NCBI GenBank assembly: GCA_963668315.1
Contig: OY764216.1
Coordinates: forward strand, 5,280,001-5,344,000
DNA length: 64,000 nucleotides
Reading direction: 5' to 3'
DNA from: Spirochaetia bacterium
GTDB taxonomy: Bacteria; Spirochaetota; Spirochaetia; DSM-2461
Made by a program: the position numbers and the translations under genes. Positions 1-9,965 of this stretch are shown here, in pieces; position 1 is the first letter of the stretch, and each line of letters begins with the position of its first letter. The notes under the pieces were generated by a model. It did not search any database, had not been told where the DNA came from, and saw nothing but the letters and a program-made list of their open reading frames with translations.

Positions 1-429
1 GATTCCCGGGGACAGGTCGCCGCCTTCTCCCCCTCCTCCATGACACTGGAGTGGATAAGCGCTCCCCTGGAAGAGAGGCGCAATTTCTTCTGGGATGTGC
101 AGCTCACCGAAGATCAGGTCTTCTTCTACGGGGGGGAAACCCTCTATGCCCTGGACAGGAACACGGGAAAAAGCCGCCCCCCCATCTCCCGGAACATTCA
201 GACCTACCCCCTTCTCAAAGCGCCCTATCTATACGCCATGACGGGGGATCAAACCATGACGGTTTTCTCAACCGATACGGGAACGCCGGTAAAGGAGATA
301 GACCTGGGAATGGAAATAACCAGCCCCATCTATCTCTTTGATGACCGGATAATGGCCGGAGCCTTTGACGGGAATATTCTGATTCTCAATCAGCTGGACT
401 CTTCTCTCCTGTCCAAACCGATGAAGTAG
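1..429 (+). CDS. Partial (5'-truncated) PQQ-like beta-propeller repeat protein (BamB-like)
   Basis: Frame open from base 1; LYALDRNTGK, FSTDTG and MAGAFDGNI blade motifs; overlaps the convergent rlmE 3' end by 40 bp. Confidence 0.65.
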   Translation, partial: DSRGQVAAFSPSSMTLEWISAPLEERRNFFWDVQLTEDQVFFYGGETLYALDRNTGKSRPPISRNIQTYPLLKAPYLYAMTGDQTMTVFSTDTGTPVKEIDLGMEITSPIYLFDDRIMAGAFDGNILILNQLDSSLLSKPMK

Positions 430-998
430 ATCTCAAAGGAATCGCTTCTTACAGCCTTGGGCTTGAGCCTTTTAACCCGGGTGAAAAGAGTTCCCATCAG
501 TTCAAAAAGCTCCTCTTCGTCGCCTCCCTGAAAAACCTTGACAACCATGGCTCCCCCCGGTCCGACCTGCTCTCCGGCCAGCTTGATAACCAGCTCCACC
601 AGATCATAGGAACGCCTTGTATCGACCAGACGGTTTCCGCTCGTGTTGGGAGCCGCATCGCTTAACAGAAGGTCATAGGGACCTCTCTCCTTAAGAAAAT
701 TACCGGCTTCTTCGGTAAAGACGTCACCCTGGTAAAAAGAGAAATTGGGAAATTTTTTGTTCAGATTGAGGGGTTTCAGATCCACCCCGGTCAGCATACC
801 CTGTCCCTTGAGTTTTTTCAGGACATAGAGGGACCAGCTTCCCGGGGAAGCGCCCACATCCATAACCCTCATTCCCGGTTTGAGCAGGCGGTATTTCTGA
901 TCTATCTCTTCCAGTTTATATACGGAACGGGCCGGATACCCCTCTTTCTTTGCTTTCTGACTGTAAAAATCCGGTCGGGCTCTCCCCTGTCCTGCCAT
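390..998 (-). CDS. rlmE: 23S rRNA Um2552 methyltransferase RlmE/FtsJ
   Basis: GYPARSVYKLEEID, DVGASPGSW, SDAAP, KVFQG and KPKAVR motifs. Confidence 0.95.
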   Translation of the reverse strand: MAGQGRARPDFYSQKAKKEGYPARSVYKLEEIDQKYRLLKPGMRVMDVGASPGSWSLYVLKKLKGQGMLTGVDLKPLNLNKKFPNFSFYQGDVFTEEAGNFLKERGPYDLLLSDAAPNTSGNRLVDTRRSYDLVELVIKLAGEQVGPGGAMVVKVFQGGDEEELFELMGTLFTRVKRLKPKAVRSDSFEIYFIGLDRREESS

Positions 999-1007
999 TT
1001 TATACTC

Positions 1008-1640
1008 CTAAGCCCGGGAATCGCGGTGTGCCGCTTCGCCGAAAAGATGAATTGTCAAGTCGTATGTATCCTCCGCCCGGCGGAAATCCACTTCCCAGAT
1101 CTCCCCGTTGCGGGCTATCTCTCTGGGATAATCGGGCAGAGTCTTTTCCAGAAAAGCACGGATCAGCCGCAGGGTAACCGCATGGGTGACAACCAGCACG
1201 GCGCCGTCCTTTTCCCGCTCAGCCATCTCCTCCAGAGCCAGGAAAAAAGGTTTGATCCTCTCGGCTATCATGGCATAGGACTCGCCTCCGCCACGGGGAA
1301 TCCAGTCCCACCTTTTTGTCCTGTCCGTCTCGTACCCGGGAGCCTTCTCTATTTCGGCATAGGTCATTCCGGAGAAAGCGCCCAGTTCCTGTTCGGTAAC
1401 CGCCGGTTCGAGAGCCGCTTCCAGTCCGAAGAGACGGCAGAAAGGTTCAGCCGTCTGCCGGGCTCTTAACAGGGGGGAGGAAATGATGTGAGTCGGCGGC
1501 CCCAGGGCTTCCCTGAACTCCCCGGCGATCTCCTCGGCATCACTCTTTCCCCTGTCGGTAAGGGGAAAATCCCGGCGGCTGGCCAGGATATCCTGCCTGT
1601 TGGCCTCGCTCTCTCCATGGCGCATAAAGAAAAGCTTCAC
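1008..1640 (-). CDS. Histidine phosphatase (phosphoglycerate mutase) family protein
   Basis: RHGES, SSPLLRARQTA, GGES and VTH motifs; GTG start overlaps the ferritin stop. Confidence 0.9.
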   Translation of the reverse strand: MKLFFMRHGESEANRQDILASRRDFPLTDRGKSDAEEIAGEFREALGPPTHIISSPLLRARQTAEPFCRLFGLEAALEPAVTEQELGAFSGMTYAEIEKAPGYETDRTKRWDWIPRGGGESYAMIAERIKPFFLALEEMAEREKDGAVLVVTHAVTLRLIRAFLEKTLPDYPREIARNGEIWEVDFRRAEDTYDLTIHLFGEAAHRDSRA

Positions 1641-2179
1641 TACGCTTTTCCCGCTTCATTCATAATGGTGGGCAGAGCCAGTGCGCTGACAGCCCGGGCC
1701 GCCAGTTCCGTGTCCATCTGGAGAATTCCCATACCGTCATTGGCGATAAGTTTCAGCTTCTGAAGGATTTCCGCTGCCGTTGCTTCCTCTTCCACCTGCT
1801 CATCCACGTACCAGGAGAGAAAACTGTCCGAAGCGTAATCATCCAATTCACGGGCCAGTCTCACCAGTTTATTGATCAGGCTGGTAACCAGGGCTTCATG
1901 GGCGATAACCTCTTCGAAAACTTCCACCTGGTCCTTCCACTCGGTTCTTACCTCCTTGATGGGGGAAAGCAGAACCCTGCCGCCTCGTTCATTCAGAAAA
2001 TTGTAGAATTTCATGGCATGCATGGTTTCTTCCATATACTGACTCTTCATCCAGTGGGCGAAACCATTGAGGCTTTTCTCCTCAAACCAGGAGGCCATGC
2101 TCAGATAGAGATAGGCGGAGTGCATCTCTGCATTAATCTGCTCATTAATAGCCTTTTCCATTTTTTTGTCTATGGACAT
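1640..2179 (-). CDS. ftnA: Non-heme ferritin
   Basis: QINAEMHSAYLYLSM, EETMHA, HE and EQVEEE ferroxidase residues. Confidence 0.93.
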   Translation of the reverse strand: MSIDKKMEKAINEQINAEMHSAYLYLSMASWFEEKSLNGFAHWMKSQYMEETMHAMKFYNFLNERGGRVLLSPIKEVRTEWKDQVEVFEEVIAHEALVTSLINKLVRLARELDDYASDSFLSWYVDEQVEEEATAAEILQKLKLIANDGMGILQMDTELAARAVSALALPTIMNEAGKA

Positions 2180-2259
2180 CTGTTCCTTCCTTAAAAGACG
2201 GTTTATTTAAATATAACAGAAAAAGTAGGGAAAACAAAGTATTTGTCGCCCCGTCGACA

Positions 2260-3159
2260 TCACTGGAGCTTTTTTAGAAGCTCAACCTTGGAACGTATGC
2301 CTGTTTTACGATAGATGCGGGTTATGTGATTGCTCACCGTATTGGGGGAGATTTGCAGTTCTCCGGCGATTTCCTTGTAGGATAGCCCCCTGTCTATTCC
2401 CCGGATGATCTCCGTTTCCCTGTCGGTAAGACCGTATTTCTTCCTGTTCTTGCTGGAAAGGTCCAGTTCCCCGCCCGACCGGAAAGTGGCCAGGGGCTGA
2501 AGAAAATAGATAATGGCTCCCAGGGAAAGCCAGAAATAGAACTGGCTGAGGATAATAAAATTCAAGGCGGAACGGTCGGGAAGAAGGGCCCGGAAAATGA
2601 GAATCAGGGGAAGAAAGATAAGAGGCACCAGCAGTACGATAATCAGGGAGATTCTCAAACGGACTTCAGCCACGTTCTTGATGCCCCGGGCGCTGTTTGT
2701 AAGAAGATAGGCCTGAACGGCGAACAGCAGCAGGGACATGGCGGGAGAGATGAATCCGGGCGGTTCGGTAAGTCTGTTTACCACGGCGGCGCTGAAATAG
2801 AAAATTCCTGCCAGTATAACCAGAGAAAGCTGGCCGGGCTTCCATTTCTCCCGCCGGATGTAATTGAGAGTGGCTCCCAGATAGTAGAGAAGCAGAGCAT
2901 ACCCCAGATCCCTGACAATCAGAAAGACTTTGATATACCACCTCTCCTCGGGAAGTTTCATGATATGGCTGTAGTAGAAGAAAACCGCCTCCAGAAAGAA
3001 AAGAAAGGTAAAATAAATAATAAAAGCAATGGTTTTAAGCTGCCAGACCTCCCTCTCCTTGATCCAGCAGGCGATGCAAAGGGCCAGCGCGGCAAAGCAC
3101 ATGGCAAAGGAGAAGGAATAGACGAGAAGAGAAAAATGGGAGAGCGGTTCAGAAAGCAT
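2260..3159 (-). CDS. Multi-TM membrane protein with C-terminal LuxR-type HTH
   Basis: About 7 hydrophobic segments, then LTDRETEI..GLSYKEIA..ISPNTV..H..IYRK; start moved to ATG 3159, directly after the symporter stop. Confidence 0.85.
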   Translation of the reverse strand: MLSEPLSHFSLLVYSFSFAMCFAALALCIACWIKEREVWQLKTIAFIIYFTFLFFLEAVFFYYSHIMKLPEERWYIKVFLIVRDLGYALLLYYLGATLNYIRREKWKPGQLSLVILAGIFYFSAAVVNRLTEPPGFISPAMSLLLFAVQAYLLTNSARGIKNVAEVRLRISLIIVLLVPLIFLPLILIFRALLPDRSALNFIILSQFYFWLSLGAIIYFLQPLATFRSGGELDLSSKNRKKYGLTDRETEIIRGIDRGLSYKEIAGELQISPNTVSNHITRIYRKTGIRSKVELLKKLQ

Positions 3160-3160
3160 A

Positions 3161-4762
3161 TCAGTCCTGCTCCAGGCTGGCAAAGCAGCGGTCCACCATA
3201 TCGGGGTTTTCCACCCCGGTAGCCAGACTGACAATCACGGTGACGGCCAGGGCAAGGGGACCGGAAAAAACCAGCTGGTCCACATCGCCCAGGGCGGGAA
3301 AGAGAACGGGCCTTCCGAACACCGCTTGGCAGATGCCGAAAACGGCGGCTTCCTTGGTATGGAGGAAGAGATAGCAGAAGACCGCGGCAAAAAAACCGGC
3401 CAGGGCTCCGCTGACCGCTCCCCTCTTCGTCAGTCTCCGCCAGTAGAGGGAGAGGGCATAGGAAGGGAGGAAGCAGGATGCCATCAGGCCGAAAAAGATG
3501 GCCGTGGCCCGGGCGATAACGCCGGCGCCCATATTGAAGGCGAACCAGGCCGAAGCGATCAGCGCCAGAACGATGCCAATCCTTGTGACGATCACCCCGC
3601 TCTGTTCACCCGTCTTCACCCGGCCCTTCATAAGGAACTGCTCGAAGAAGTCCCTTCCCACCGAAGTGCCGATCGTATGGAACTGGGAACTGAGAGTGCT
3701 CATTCCCGCGGAAAGAATGGCCAGCATGAAAAGATAGCCGAACCAGTCGGGCAGGTAGGTATCGATATAGGTGGGAAGGACGGCGTCCACATTACCGCCG
3801 GCGGCGGTCACGGCGATGATTCCCTGGTCATTCCAGAAGTGTACGTTCATAAGGGGCGCGGCCAGATATCCCGCTCCCACGGTAAAGAAAATAAAGATTC
3901 CCCCGATGAGTATGGCCCGGTTCATCTCCCGGCCGCTTTTAACGGTCATAAAGCGCACGACCAGCTGGGGCTGCGCAAGAGTGCCGACCCCCACGCTCAG
4001 GACCAGGGACGAAAAGATCGTCCACCAGATGGGCGATCCCGTCTCCGGGGCCTTCGTCCAGCTGGTGATGCCCCCCTTCGCGACAGCTTCGGGGATGGCC
4101 TGTGACAGTCCCGCCAGAGCCCGTGTCCCCTCGCCGAACCCGCCGACATGCTTCAGGACGAAGCCCAAAAGGAATATCATGCCCACGAAAATCAGGGATC
4201 CCTGGAGGGCGTCGGTATACATGACCCCCTTCAGCCCCCCCATTATGACATAAGCCCCCACGAGAACGGTAAAGATAATAACAGAAAAGGAGTAATCCAC
4301 CCCCAGAAGGCCTTCCATAATCCTGGCCCCGCCGATAAGCACGGCCGCCGTATAGACGGGCATGAAAAGGAAAATCACCATACCGGCAAATCCCTGCATA
4401 AAGGGGGAACCGATCCGGCGTGAAAGGAACTCGGGAAAGGTATGGGCATCAAGAACCAGCCCCATCTTCCTCGTCCGTTTTCCGAACAGGGTGAAGGCCA
4501 GAAAGATACCGACGAATATGTTCATAAAGACGAGCCACATCAAAGAGAAGCCGTAAAGAGAAGCAATCCCGGAAAAACCCACCAGGGCCGATGTGGAAAT
4601 AAAGGTGGCCCCGTAACTCATCGCCATGATGAAGGGATGGGTGTTGCGGCCCGCCAGAAGGTAATCGGCCGAATCGGAAGTGTTTTTATACCCCTTGTAT
4701 CCCAGCCAGGCCAGCAGAGCCAGATAGAGAAGAATAACGGTGACAAGAACAAAGGGACTCAT
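3161..4762 (-). CDS. Sodium:solute symporter (SSS) family transporter
   Basis: DYLLAGR, GGLKGVMYTDALQG, QPQLVVRF and SAGMST motifs; about 13 TM segments. Confidence 0.93.
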   Translation of the reverse strand: MSPFVLVTVILLYLALLAWLGYKGYKNTSDSADYLLAGRNTHPFIMAMSYGATFISTSALVGFSGIASLYGFSLMWLVFMNIFVGIFLAFTLFGKRTRKMGLVLDAHTFPEFLSRRIGSPFMQGFAGMVIFLFMPVYTAAVLIGGARIMEGLLGVDYSFSVIIFTVLVGAYVIMGGLKGVMYTDALQGSLIFVGMIFLLGFVLKHVGGFGEGTRALAGLSQAIPEAVAKGGITSWTKAPETGSPIWWTIFSSLVLSVGVGTLAQPQLVVRFMTVKSGREMNRAILIGGIFIFFTVGAGYLAAPLMNVHFWNDQGIIAVTAAGGNVDAVLPTYIDTYLPDWFGYLFMLAILSAGMSTLSSQFHTIGTSVGRDFFEQFLMKGRVKTGEQSGVIVTRIGIVLALIASAWFAFNMGAGVIARATAIFFGLMASCFLPSYALSLYWRRLTKRGAVSGALAGFFAAVFCYLFLHTKEAAVFGICQAVFGRPVLFPALGDVDQLVFSGPLALAVTVIVSLATGVENPDMVDRCFASLEQD

Positions 4763-4950
4763 GAATGACTCTCCCCGGAAAGCTCCTCTTCGATTTTTTT
4801 CTCCTCCCGCGACCAGGCCGCTTCTTCCTCGGCTCTTTCACGGGACAGGTTCCCCTCTTTGTTCCATTTTGCCAGGCCATAGGCGATGCAGAGAATCAAA
4901 GAAAGAACGGTAAGAATCAAAACCGCCGTAACATTCCCATCGGTAACCAT
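4759..4950 (-). CDS. Small single-TM symporter accessory protein
   Basis: GGAGGG SD before ATG 4950; hydrophobic helix ending CIAYGLAKWNKEG, then an acidic tail; ATGA overlap with the SSS gene. Confidence 0.75.
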   Translation of the reverse strand: MVTDGNVTAVLILTVLSLILCIAYGLAKWNKEGNLSRERAEEEAAWSREEKKIEEELSGESHS

Positions 4951-5026
4951 AATCCCCTCCGAAAAACGGGTTTCTTTATAGACAGAATCAACCAAGGTGT
5001 CATTTATATTATCAACAGCCTGTGAA

Positions 5027-5620
5027 TTATTCAAGGACTCTTTTCTGAAGTTCCAGAATCAGTTCTTCTCCTTCAAAAAAACGGTAATCCTCCGCCATTT
5101 TACTCACCCTGCCCAGCTCTTCCCGAAAAGATTCGGGAATAAGGGATGCGGACTGTTCCAGACGGGAAAGGGCTTTTCCCACCTCTTCGGGGGAAAAAGA
5201 GCCGAAAGCCTCCGCCATTCCCTCCAGCAGGGAGGGGAAGTCCGGCCAGGGGGAAATACCGTCTCCCCCGCTGTTTTTCCGGCTGATCCCCTGACCTGCC
5301 CTCTCCACTTCATCCCATACGGGGCGGAATTCCTCGCAAACCCGGCCAAGGGCGGCCTCGGTCTGCCCGTACTGACCGGCCTTCAGGAGGAGTTCCAGCT
5401 CCAGGGCGCGGCCGGCCAGCTCTTCGGCTCCCAGGGAAGCGGCGAGATTTTTCAGGCTGTGGGTTATGACATAGGCTTCCCGGTCTTCGGCCAGGATAAA
5501 ACGGCTTACCCGTTCGGGATAGTCCCCGTAATCACGGATAAAATAGCCGGCCATATGATCATAGAGCTCCCTTTCGCCGTCCAGACGCTTCAGCGCCTCT
5601 TCCCTGTTGAGCCGGGACAT
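5027..5620 (-). CDS. Stand-alone Hpt (histidine phosphotransfer) domain protein
   Basis: ALKRLDG..LY and HSLKNLAASLGA Hpt motifs. Confidence 0.85.
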   Translation of the reverse strand: MSRLNREEALKRLDGERELYDHMAGYFIRDYGDYPERVSRFILAEDREAYVITHSLKNLAASLGAEELAGRALELELLLKAGQYGQTEAALGRVCEEFRPVWDEVERAGQGISRKNSGGDGISPWPDFPSLLEGMAEAFGSFSPEEVGKALSRLEQSASLIPESFREELGRVSKMAEDYRFFEGEELILELQKRVLE

Positions 5621-6796
5621 CTAGGAGTAATTCTCCATGACCCTCTTGAACCCGGGCAGAGAACGCCTGATCACATCCTCTCCCACGCAGTAGGTCAGGC
5701 GGATATATCCGGGAAGGGCAAAACCCCGGCCGGGAACGGCCAGGATATTTTCCCCCTGCAGGGTATCCACCATTTTCAGATCGTCACCCCCGGGAACTTT
5801 GGGGAAAAGATAGAAGGCCCCTTCCGGCTTATTCACTTCAAATCCGGCGTCAATCAGACCATTGTAAAGCAGGTCACGCCGTTTCCGGTACACATCGATA
5901 TCAACAGACATTCCCTGAAGCCGGGCGATGGTGCGCTGCATCAGGGCGTTGGCGTTGACATACCCCAGAATTCTGTTGCACAGAATAGCGGCGCCCACCA
6001 GATCTTCGGCGTCCTCGCACAGGGGATTGATGGCCAGATAACCGATTCTCTCCCCGGGCAATGACAGATCCTTGGAATAGGATGTACACAGCATGGTGTG
6101 GGGATAGATCTTCAGAAGGGAGGGAACAACCACTCCGTCATAGGCGATTTTTCGGTAGGGCTCATCGGTGATGATGTAAATGCGCCGGCCCGTCTCCCCG
6201 AACTTCCTGTCCAGCATATCGGCCAGGGCTTTGAGGGTTGATTCGGGATAGATCTTTCCCGTCGGGTTATTGGGCGAATTGACAATCAGAGCCGCGGTTT
6301 TCTCATCGATTGCCGCTTCAAAGGCTTCGACATCCAGGTCAAAGTCCTCTTTGGAATCGACATAAACCAGCTTTCCCCCGTGGTTGTCGCAGTAGAAATC
6401 ATACTCGACGAAACAGGGACGGGCCACCAGCACCGTATCTCCCGGATTCAGAATACTCTTCAGGGCGATATTGAGAGCCCCGCCGGCACCGCTTGTCATC
6501 AGAACCTGCTCCATGCCTATCTCGACACCCTGCTCTTCCCGGATATATCCGGCTATGGCCGATCGGGCTCCGGGATATCCGGCATTGGCCATATAACCGT
6601 GCCACTCCTTGCGGCCGGCTTCCTCGAGCAATACCCGAGTGACCTCCTCGGGGGGAAGGAGGTCGGGGTTTCCCAGGGAAAAGTCATATACATTCTCTGC
6701 GCCGAACTCAGCCTTGAGCTTAGTGCCGGTCTCAAACATTTTTCTTATAAAAGAAGAGGAGCCCTGCATCCCCTTGATTTTCTTTGAAACTGCCAT
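5621..6796 (-). CDS. PLP-dependent class I aminotransferase (aspartate aminotransferase-like)
   Basis: FSLGNP, NSPNNPTG, DEPY, SYSKDLSLPGERIG (PLP lysine) and GAFYLF. Confidence 0.93.
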   Translation of the reverse strand: MAVSKKIKGMQGSSSFIRKMFETGTKLKAEFGAENVYDFSLGNPDLLPPEEVTRVLLEEAGRKEWHGYMANAGYPGARSAIAGYIREEQGVEIGMEQVLMTSGAGGALNIALKSILNPGDTVLVARPCFVEYDFYCDNHGGKLVYVDSKEDFDLDVEAFEAAIDEKTAALIVNSPNNPTGKIYPESTLKALADMLDRKFGETGRRIYIITDEPYRKIAYDGVVVPSLLKIYPHTMLCTSYSKDLSLPGERIGYLAINPLCEDAEDLVGAAILCNRILGYVNANALMQRTIARLQGMSVDIDVYRKRRDLLYNGLIDAGFEVNKPEGAFYLFPKVPGGDDLKMVDTLQGENILAVPGRGFALPGYIRLTYCVGEDVIRRSLPGFKRVMENYS

Positions 6797-6897
6797 AAAT
6801 ACTCCTTGGTTATAACAATCGCGGAAAACGTGATTACATCATAAAGATTTTTCCCATTTCTATCAATGAATCCTCCCCTGATCTTCTACGGTCCGGT

Positions 6898-7836
6898 CTA
6901 TCGGGAAAACAGAACCGCTGCGGCAAGGGGAAGGGTATAAAAAAGTCCTATGATCATCATGTTCTTCGGCGCCAGGGAAAAGGTTTTCTCCTTGGACGGC
7001 ATTTTTACAAAATTCGCTGTATTCCTGAGGGTTAGGGGAAAACTGACCAGGAAGACCAGAGACACCACTGGCAGAATTCCCGCCGCAATGCCGACGGCGG
7101 CGGCCAGATAGACGGCATAAAGGGAAAACCGGTAAAGCTTCAGAGAGGCGGGTATTCCGATAAAATGGGGCAGAGGATAACGCCTGTTTCTGATATCCTG
7201 TTCCAGATCGCAGATATTATTGGCCAGCATGATGTTGGAGATGGAGAAGACCAGAGGAAGGGAAGCCAGCAGGAGAGCCCCCGTCTCCTTCCAGGCCAGA
7301 GAGATGAGCAGAGTCCCGCCCTCAAGACTGAGGAGAAGCAGGGAGGGACGATGAATATACACAGCCAGGTAGGGAATGAGAAACCCCATGAAAAAACCGG
7401 AAAAAACCTCCCCCAGGGGAAGGCGTGAGACGGGAACGGGCCCGGCCGTATAAAGGATTCCCACGGCGAAAGATAAACCGCCCAGAATAAGCACCGCCGG
7501 CCCCGTTCTTACAAAGAGAAGCAAGCCGAAGAAGAGCGCCCCGAGTCCCATGAGGCCTATTGCGAGCCTTACCGTTTTCAGGGAAAAACCCTCCGCGCCG
7601 ATGACATTATCCTTCCGTTTATACTCCCGGTCCACCGATTTGACGTAATCCACGTAGTTATTGACCGCCGTCGTCGTCATATCGAATAAAAGCAGAGAGG
7701 CAAACATGAGAAAAGCGTTGGCTCCGTCAATTTCCCCATAGCGGCGGAGAGCGTACAAAGTGCCGAAAAGAAAGGGAAAAAGACTGGCCACCTTTGTCCG
7801 AATTTCCACAAGATTTAAAAAGTCCTTAATAGTCAT
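6898..7836 (-). CDS. menA: MenA/DmkA-like DHNA prenyltransferase (UbiA family)
   Basis: VEIRTKVAS, NNYVD, YTAGP, LGEVFSG and NNICDLEQD motifs; start at MTIKDF. Confidence 0.85.
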   Translation of the reverse strand: MTIKDFLNLVEIRTKVASLFPFLFGTLYALRRYGEIDGANAFLMFASLLLFDMTTTAVNNYVDYVKSVDREYKRKDNVIGAEGFSLKTVRLAIGLMGLGALFFGLLLFVRTGPAVLILGGLSFAVGILYTAGPVPVSRLPLGEVFSGFFMGFLIPYLAVYIHRPSLLLLSLEGGTLLISLAWKETGALLLASLPLVFSISNIMLANNICDLEQDIRNRRYPLPHFIGIPASLKLYRFSLYAVYLAAAVGIAAGILPVVSLVFLVSFPLTLRNTANFVKMPSKEKTFSLAPKNMMIIGLFYTLPLAAAVLFSR

Positions 7837-8001
7837 GACTTTCCTCTTTTTTTTCCATATTCTACCATTTGCCGTCTTGTTATTCAATTTTACTTTCAGT
7901 TATACTATTGAACCGATAGAAATATATGATTGAATTTTCATCATTCCTATGTTTCCGAAATTTTCTATTTGCATAACTAAAATAAAATAAAGGAGCGGCA
8001 G

Positions 8002-9963
8002 ATGAAAAAGATTGTCCTCTTGGGAGGGGGATACGCCGGTGTACATGCGGCCAAAATCCTGCTCAAGGCATTCAAGAAAGATAAGGATGTTTCTCTAACC
8101 CTAATCGACAGGAACTCTTACCACACACTCATGACGGAACTTCACGAAGTAGCGGGAAACCGTGTAAATGAAGGATGTGTCAAAATCAGTTACGACAGGA
8201 TTTTCTCTTCCAGAGACATCAATGTAGTACAGGATGATATTACCAGGATAGACAGGGACAAGCAGGTGATTTATTCAGAAAACGCCAGCTACGAATATGA
8301 CTATCTTGTTATGGGAACCGGTGCGGAACCTACCGACTTCGGCATTCCCGGCGTTCTGGATAACGGCCTTACCCTCTGGAGCTATGACGACGCGGTCAGA
8401 ATCAAGGAACACATCCGTGATAGATTTTATACTGCCGCCAAGACCTTCGAGAAGGAAGAGCGGAAAAAGCTTCTTACTTTTATTGTAGCCGGATCGGGCT
8501 TCACCGGTATTGAAATGGTGGGAGAACTTATCGAATGGCTCCCCCTCCTCTGCGACGAGTTCAATATCGACCGCGACGAATACAAGCTTATCAATGTCGA
8601 GGCCCTCGGACATATTCTCAATATGATTCCCGAAAAGCCCCGTGCCAAAGCCATGAAATACATGGTGAAGAAGGGCGTGGAATTCCGCCTGAACTCATTT
8701 ATCAGCAAGGTTGACGAAAGCGTTCTTCACCTCAAGGACGGAACCAGTATCGATTTCGGCACTCTGATCTGGACCTGCGGTGTCAGAGGAAACAGCCAGG
8801 GTCTCGAATGGGGACTGACCGAAGGTCACGTCCAGAGACTCAGAGTCGACGAGACCATGAAAACCCCCGACTATGACAACATCTATATCGTCGGTGATGA
8901 TCAGTGGTTCCTTGAAAATGAAAGACCTATTCCCCAGATCGTAGAAGCGGCCGAACAGACCGCAGCCGTAGCGGCTAAAAACATCGTAAACCGCATAAAG
9001 GGCATCGATAAGAAGGTGGAGTTCAAATCCGACTTCCACGGTTTTATGGTCTCCATCGGCGGAAGATACGCCGTTTCCAATACCATGGGATTCTCCCTGA
9101 GCGGTATTCCCGCCATGGCTCTCAAGCACCTGGTCAACTGCTACTACCTCCACGGTGTCTGCGGTTTCAACGGCTGGGCTAAATACCTGATCCACGAGAT
9201 TTTCCGCATCGGCAATAAAAGGTCTCTTCTCGGCGGCCTGATCGCCGGCAATATCCAGGGTCTCTGGGCCGTTCCCCTCAGACTGTGGCTCGGACTCATG
9301 TGGCTTTTCGAAGGCATCAACAAGATCGGCGAAGGCTGGCTCAATTCCGCCAAGGGCACCAGTTCATCCTGGATGTTCTCCTCCGGCGTCATCCAGAACG
9401 GCATGCCCGGTTACGGTCAGTCCGGGGCCGAAGCTGTCTCGGCAGCCACCGGTGATGCGGCAGAAGCAGTAACGGAAGCGGTAACAACCGCCGCCGATGC
9501 GGTAACCGCGGCTTCGGATGCCGTAACTACCGCTGTAGCCAGCGTCTGGGCCCCCGTATGGGATCTTGATAAATCCGTGCTCTCCTGGGATTCCGGACTG
9601 GTGACATGGTTCCGCGAAACATTCATGGACGGCATCGCCTCCCATATCTACTACAATGTTTTCCAGGCTATGGTTGTTTCCGTCGAATGCCTTATCGGTC
9701 TTGCCCTTATCGGCGGACTTCTGACATTCCCCGCAGCGGGAGTTTCCATCATCATGTGTTTCGTCTTTATCCTGTCCGGTCTCTTCAGCTGGTCTCAGGT
9801 TTGGTTCATCTTCGCCGGCTTCCTCCTTCTGGGCGGTGCGGGCAGAACCCTCGGCCTCGACTACTGGGTACAGCCCTGGCTTAAAAAATGGTGGAACGGA
9901 ACTGCCCTGTCCCAGAAAACATACCTTTATTTTGGTGCTCCTCGGAAAAAGAGGAGAAAATAA
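8002..9963 (+). CDS. Type II NADH:quinone oxidoreductase fused to a C-terminal DoxX-like membrane domain (Ndh2-like)
   Basis: GGGYAG and GSGFTGIE dinucleotide motifs, IWTCG, YIVGD; C-terminal LRLWLGLMWLFEG..K and E..IGLALIGGL..GLD; AAGGAG SD. Confidence 0.9.
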   Translation: MKKIVLLGGGYAGVHAAKILLKAFKKDKDVSLTLIDRNSYHTLMTELHEVAGNRVNEGCVKISYDRIFSSRDINVVQDDITRIDRDKQVIYSENASYEYDYLVMGTGAEPTDFGIPGVLDNGLTLWSYDDAVRIKEHIRDRFYTAAKTFEKEERKKLLTFIVAGSGFTGIEMVGELIEWLPLLCDEFNIDRDEYKLINVEALGHILNMIPEKPRAKAMKYMVKKGVEFRLNSFISKVDESVLHLKDGTSIDFGTLIWTCGVRGNSQGLEWGLTEGHVQRLRVDETMKTPDYDNIYIVGDDQWFLENERPIPQIVEAAEQTAAVAAKNIVNRIKGIDKKVEFKSDFHGFMVSIGGRYAVSNTMGFSLSGIPAMALKHLVNCYYLHGVCGFNGWAKYLIHEIFRIGNKRSLLGGLIAGNIQGLWAVPLRLWLGLMWLFEGINKIGEGWLNSAKGTSSSWMFSSGVIQNGMPGYGQSGAEAVSAATGDAAEAVTEAVTTAADAVTAASDAVTTAVASVWAPVWDLDKSVLSWDSGLVTWFRETFMDGIASHIYYNVFQAMVVSVECLIGLALIGGLLTFPAAGVSIIMCFVFILSGLFSWSQVWFIFAGFLLLGGAGRTLGLDYWVQPWLKKWWNGTALSQKTYLYFGAPRKKRRK

Positions 9964-9965
9964 AC

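Noticed and set aside
7876..7944. Rex operator between menA and ndh
   Set aside because: Only partial half-sites (TTGTTAT; ATGAT-N9-ATCAT) in AT-rich DNA, too weak to call
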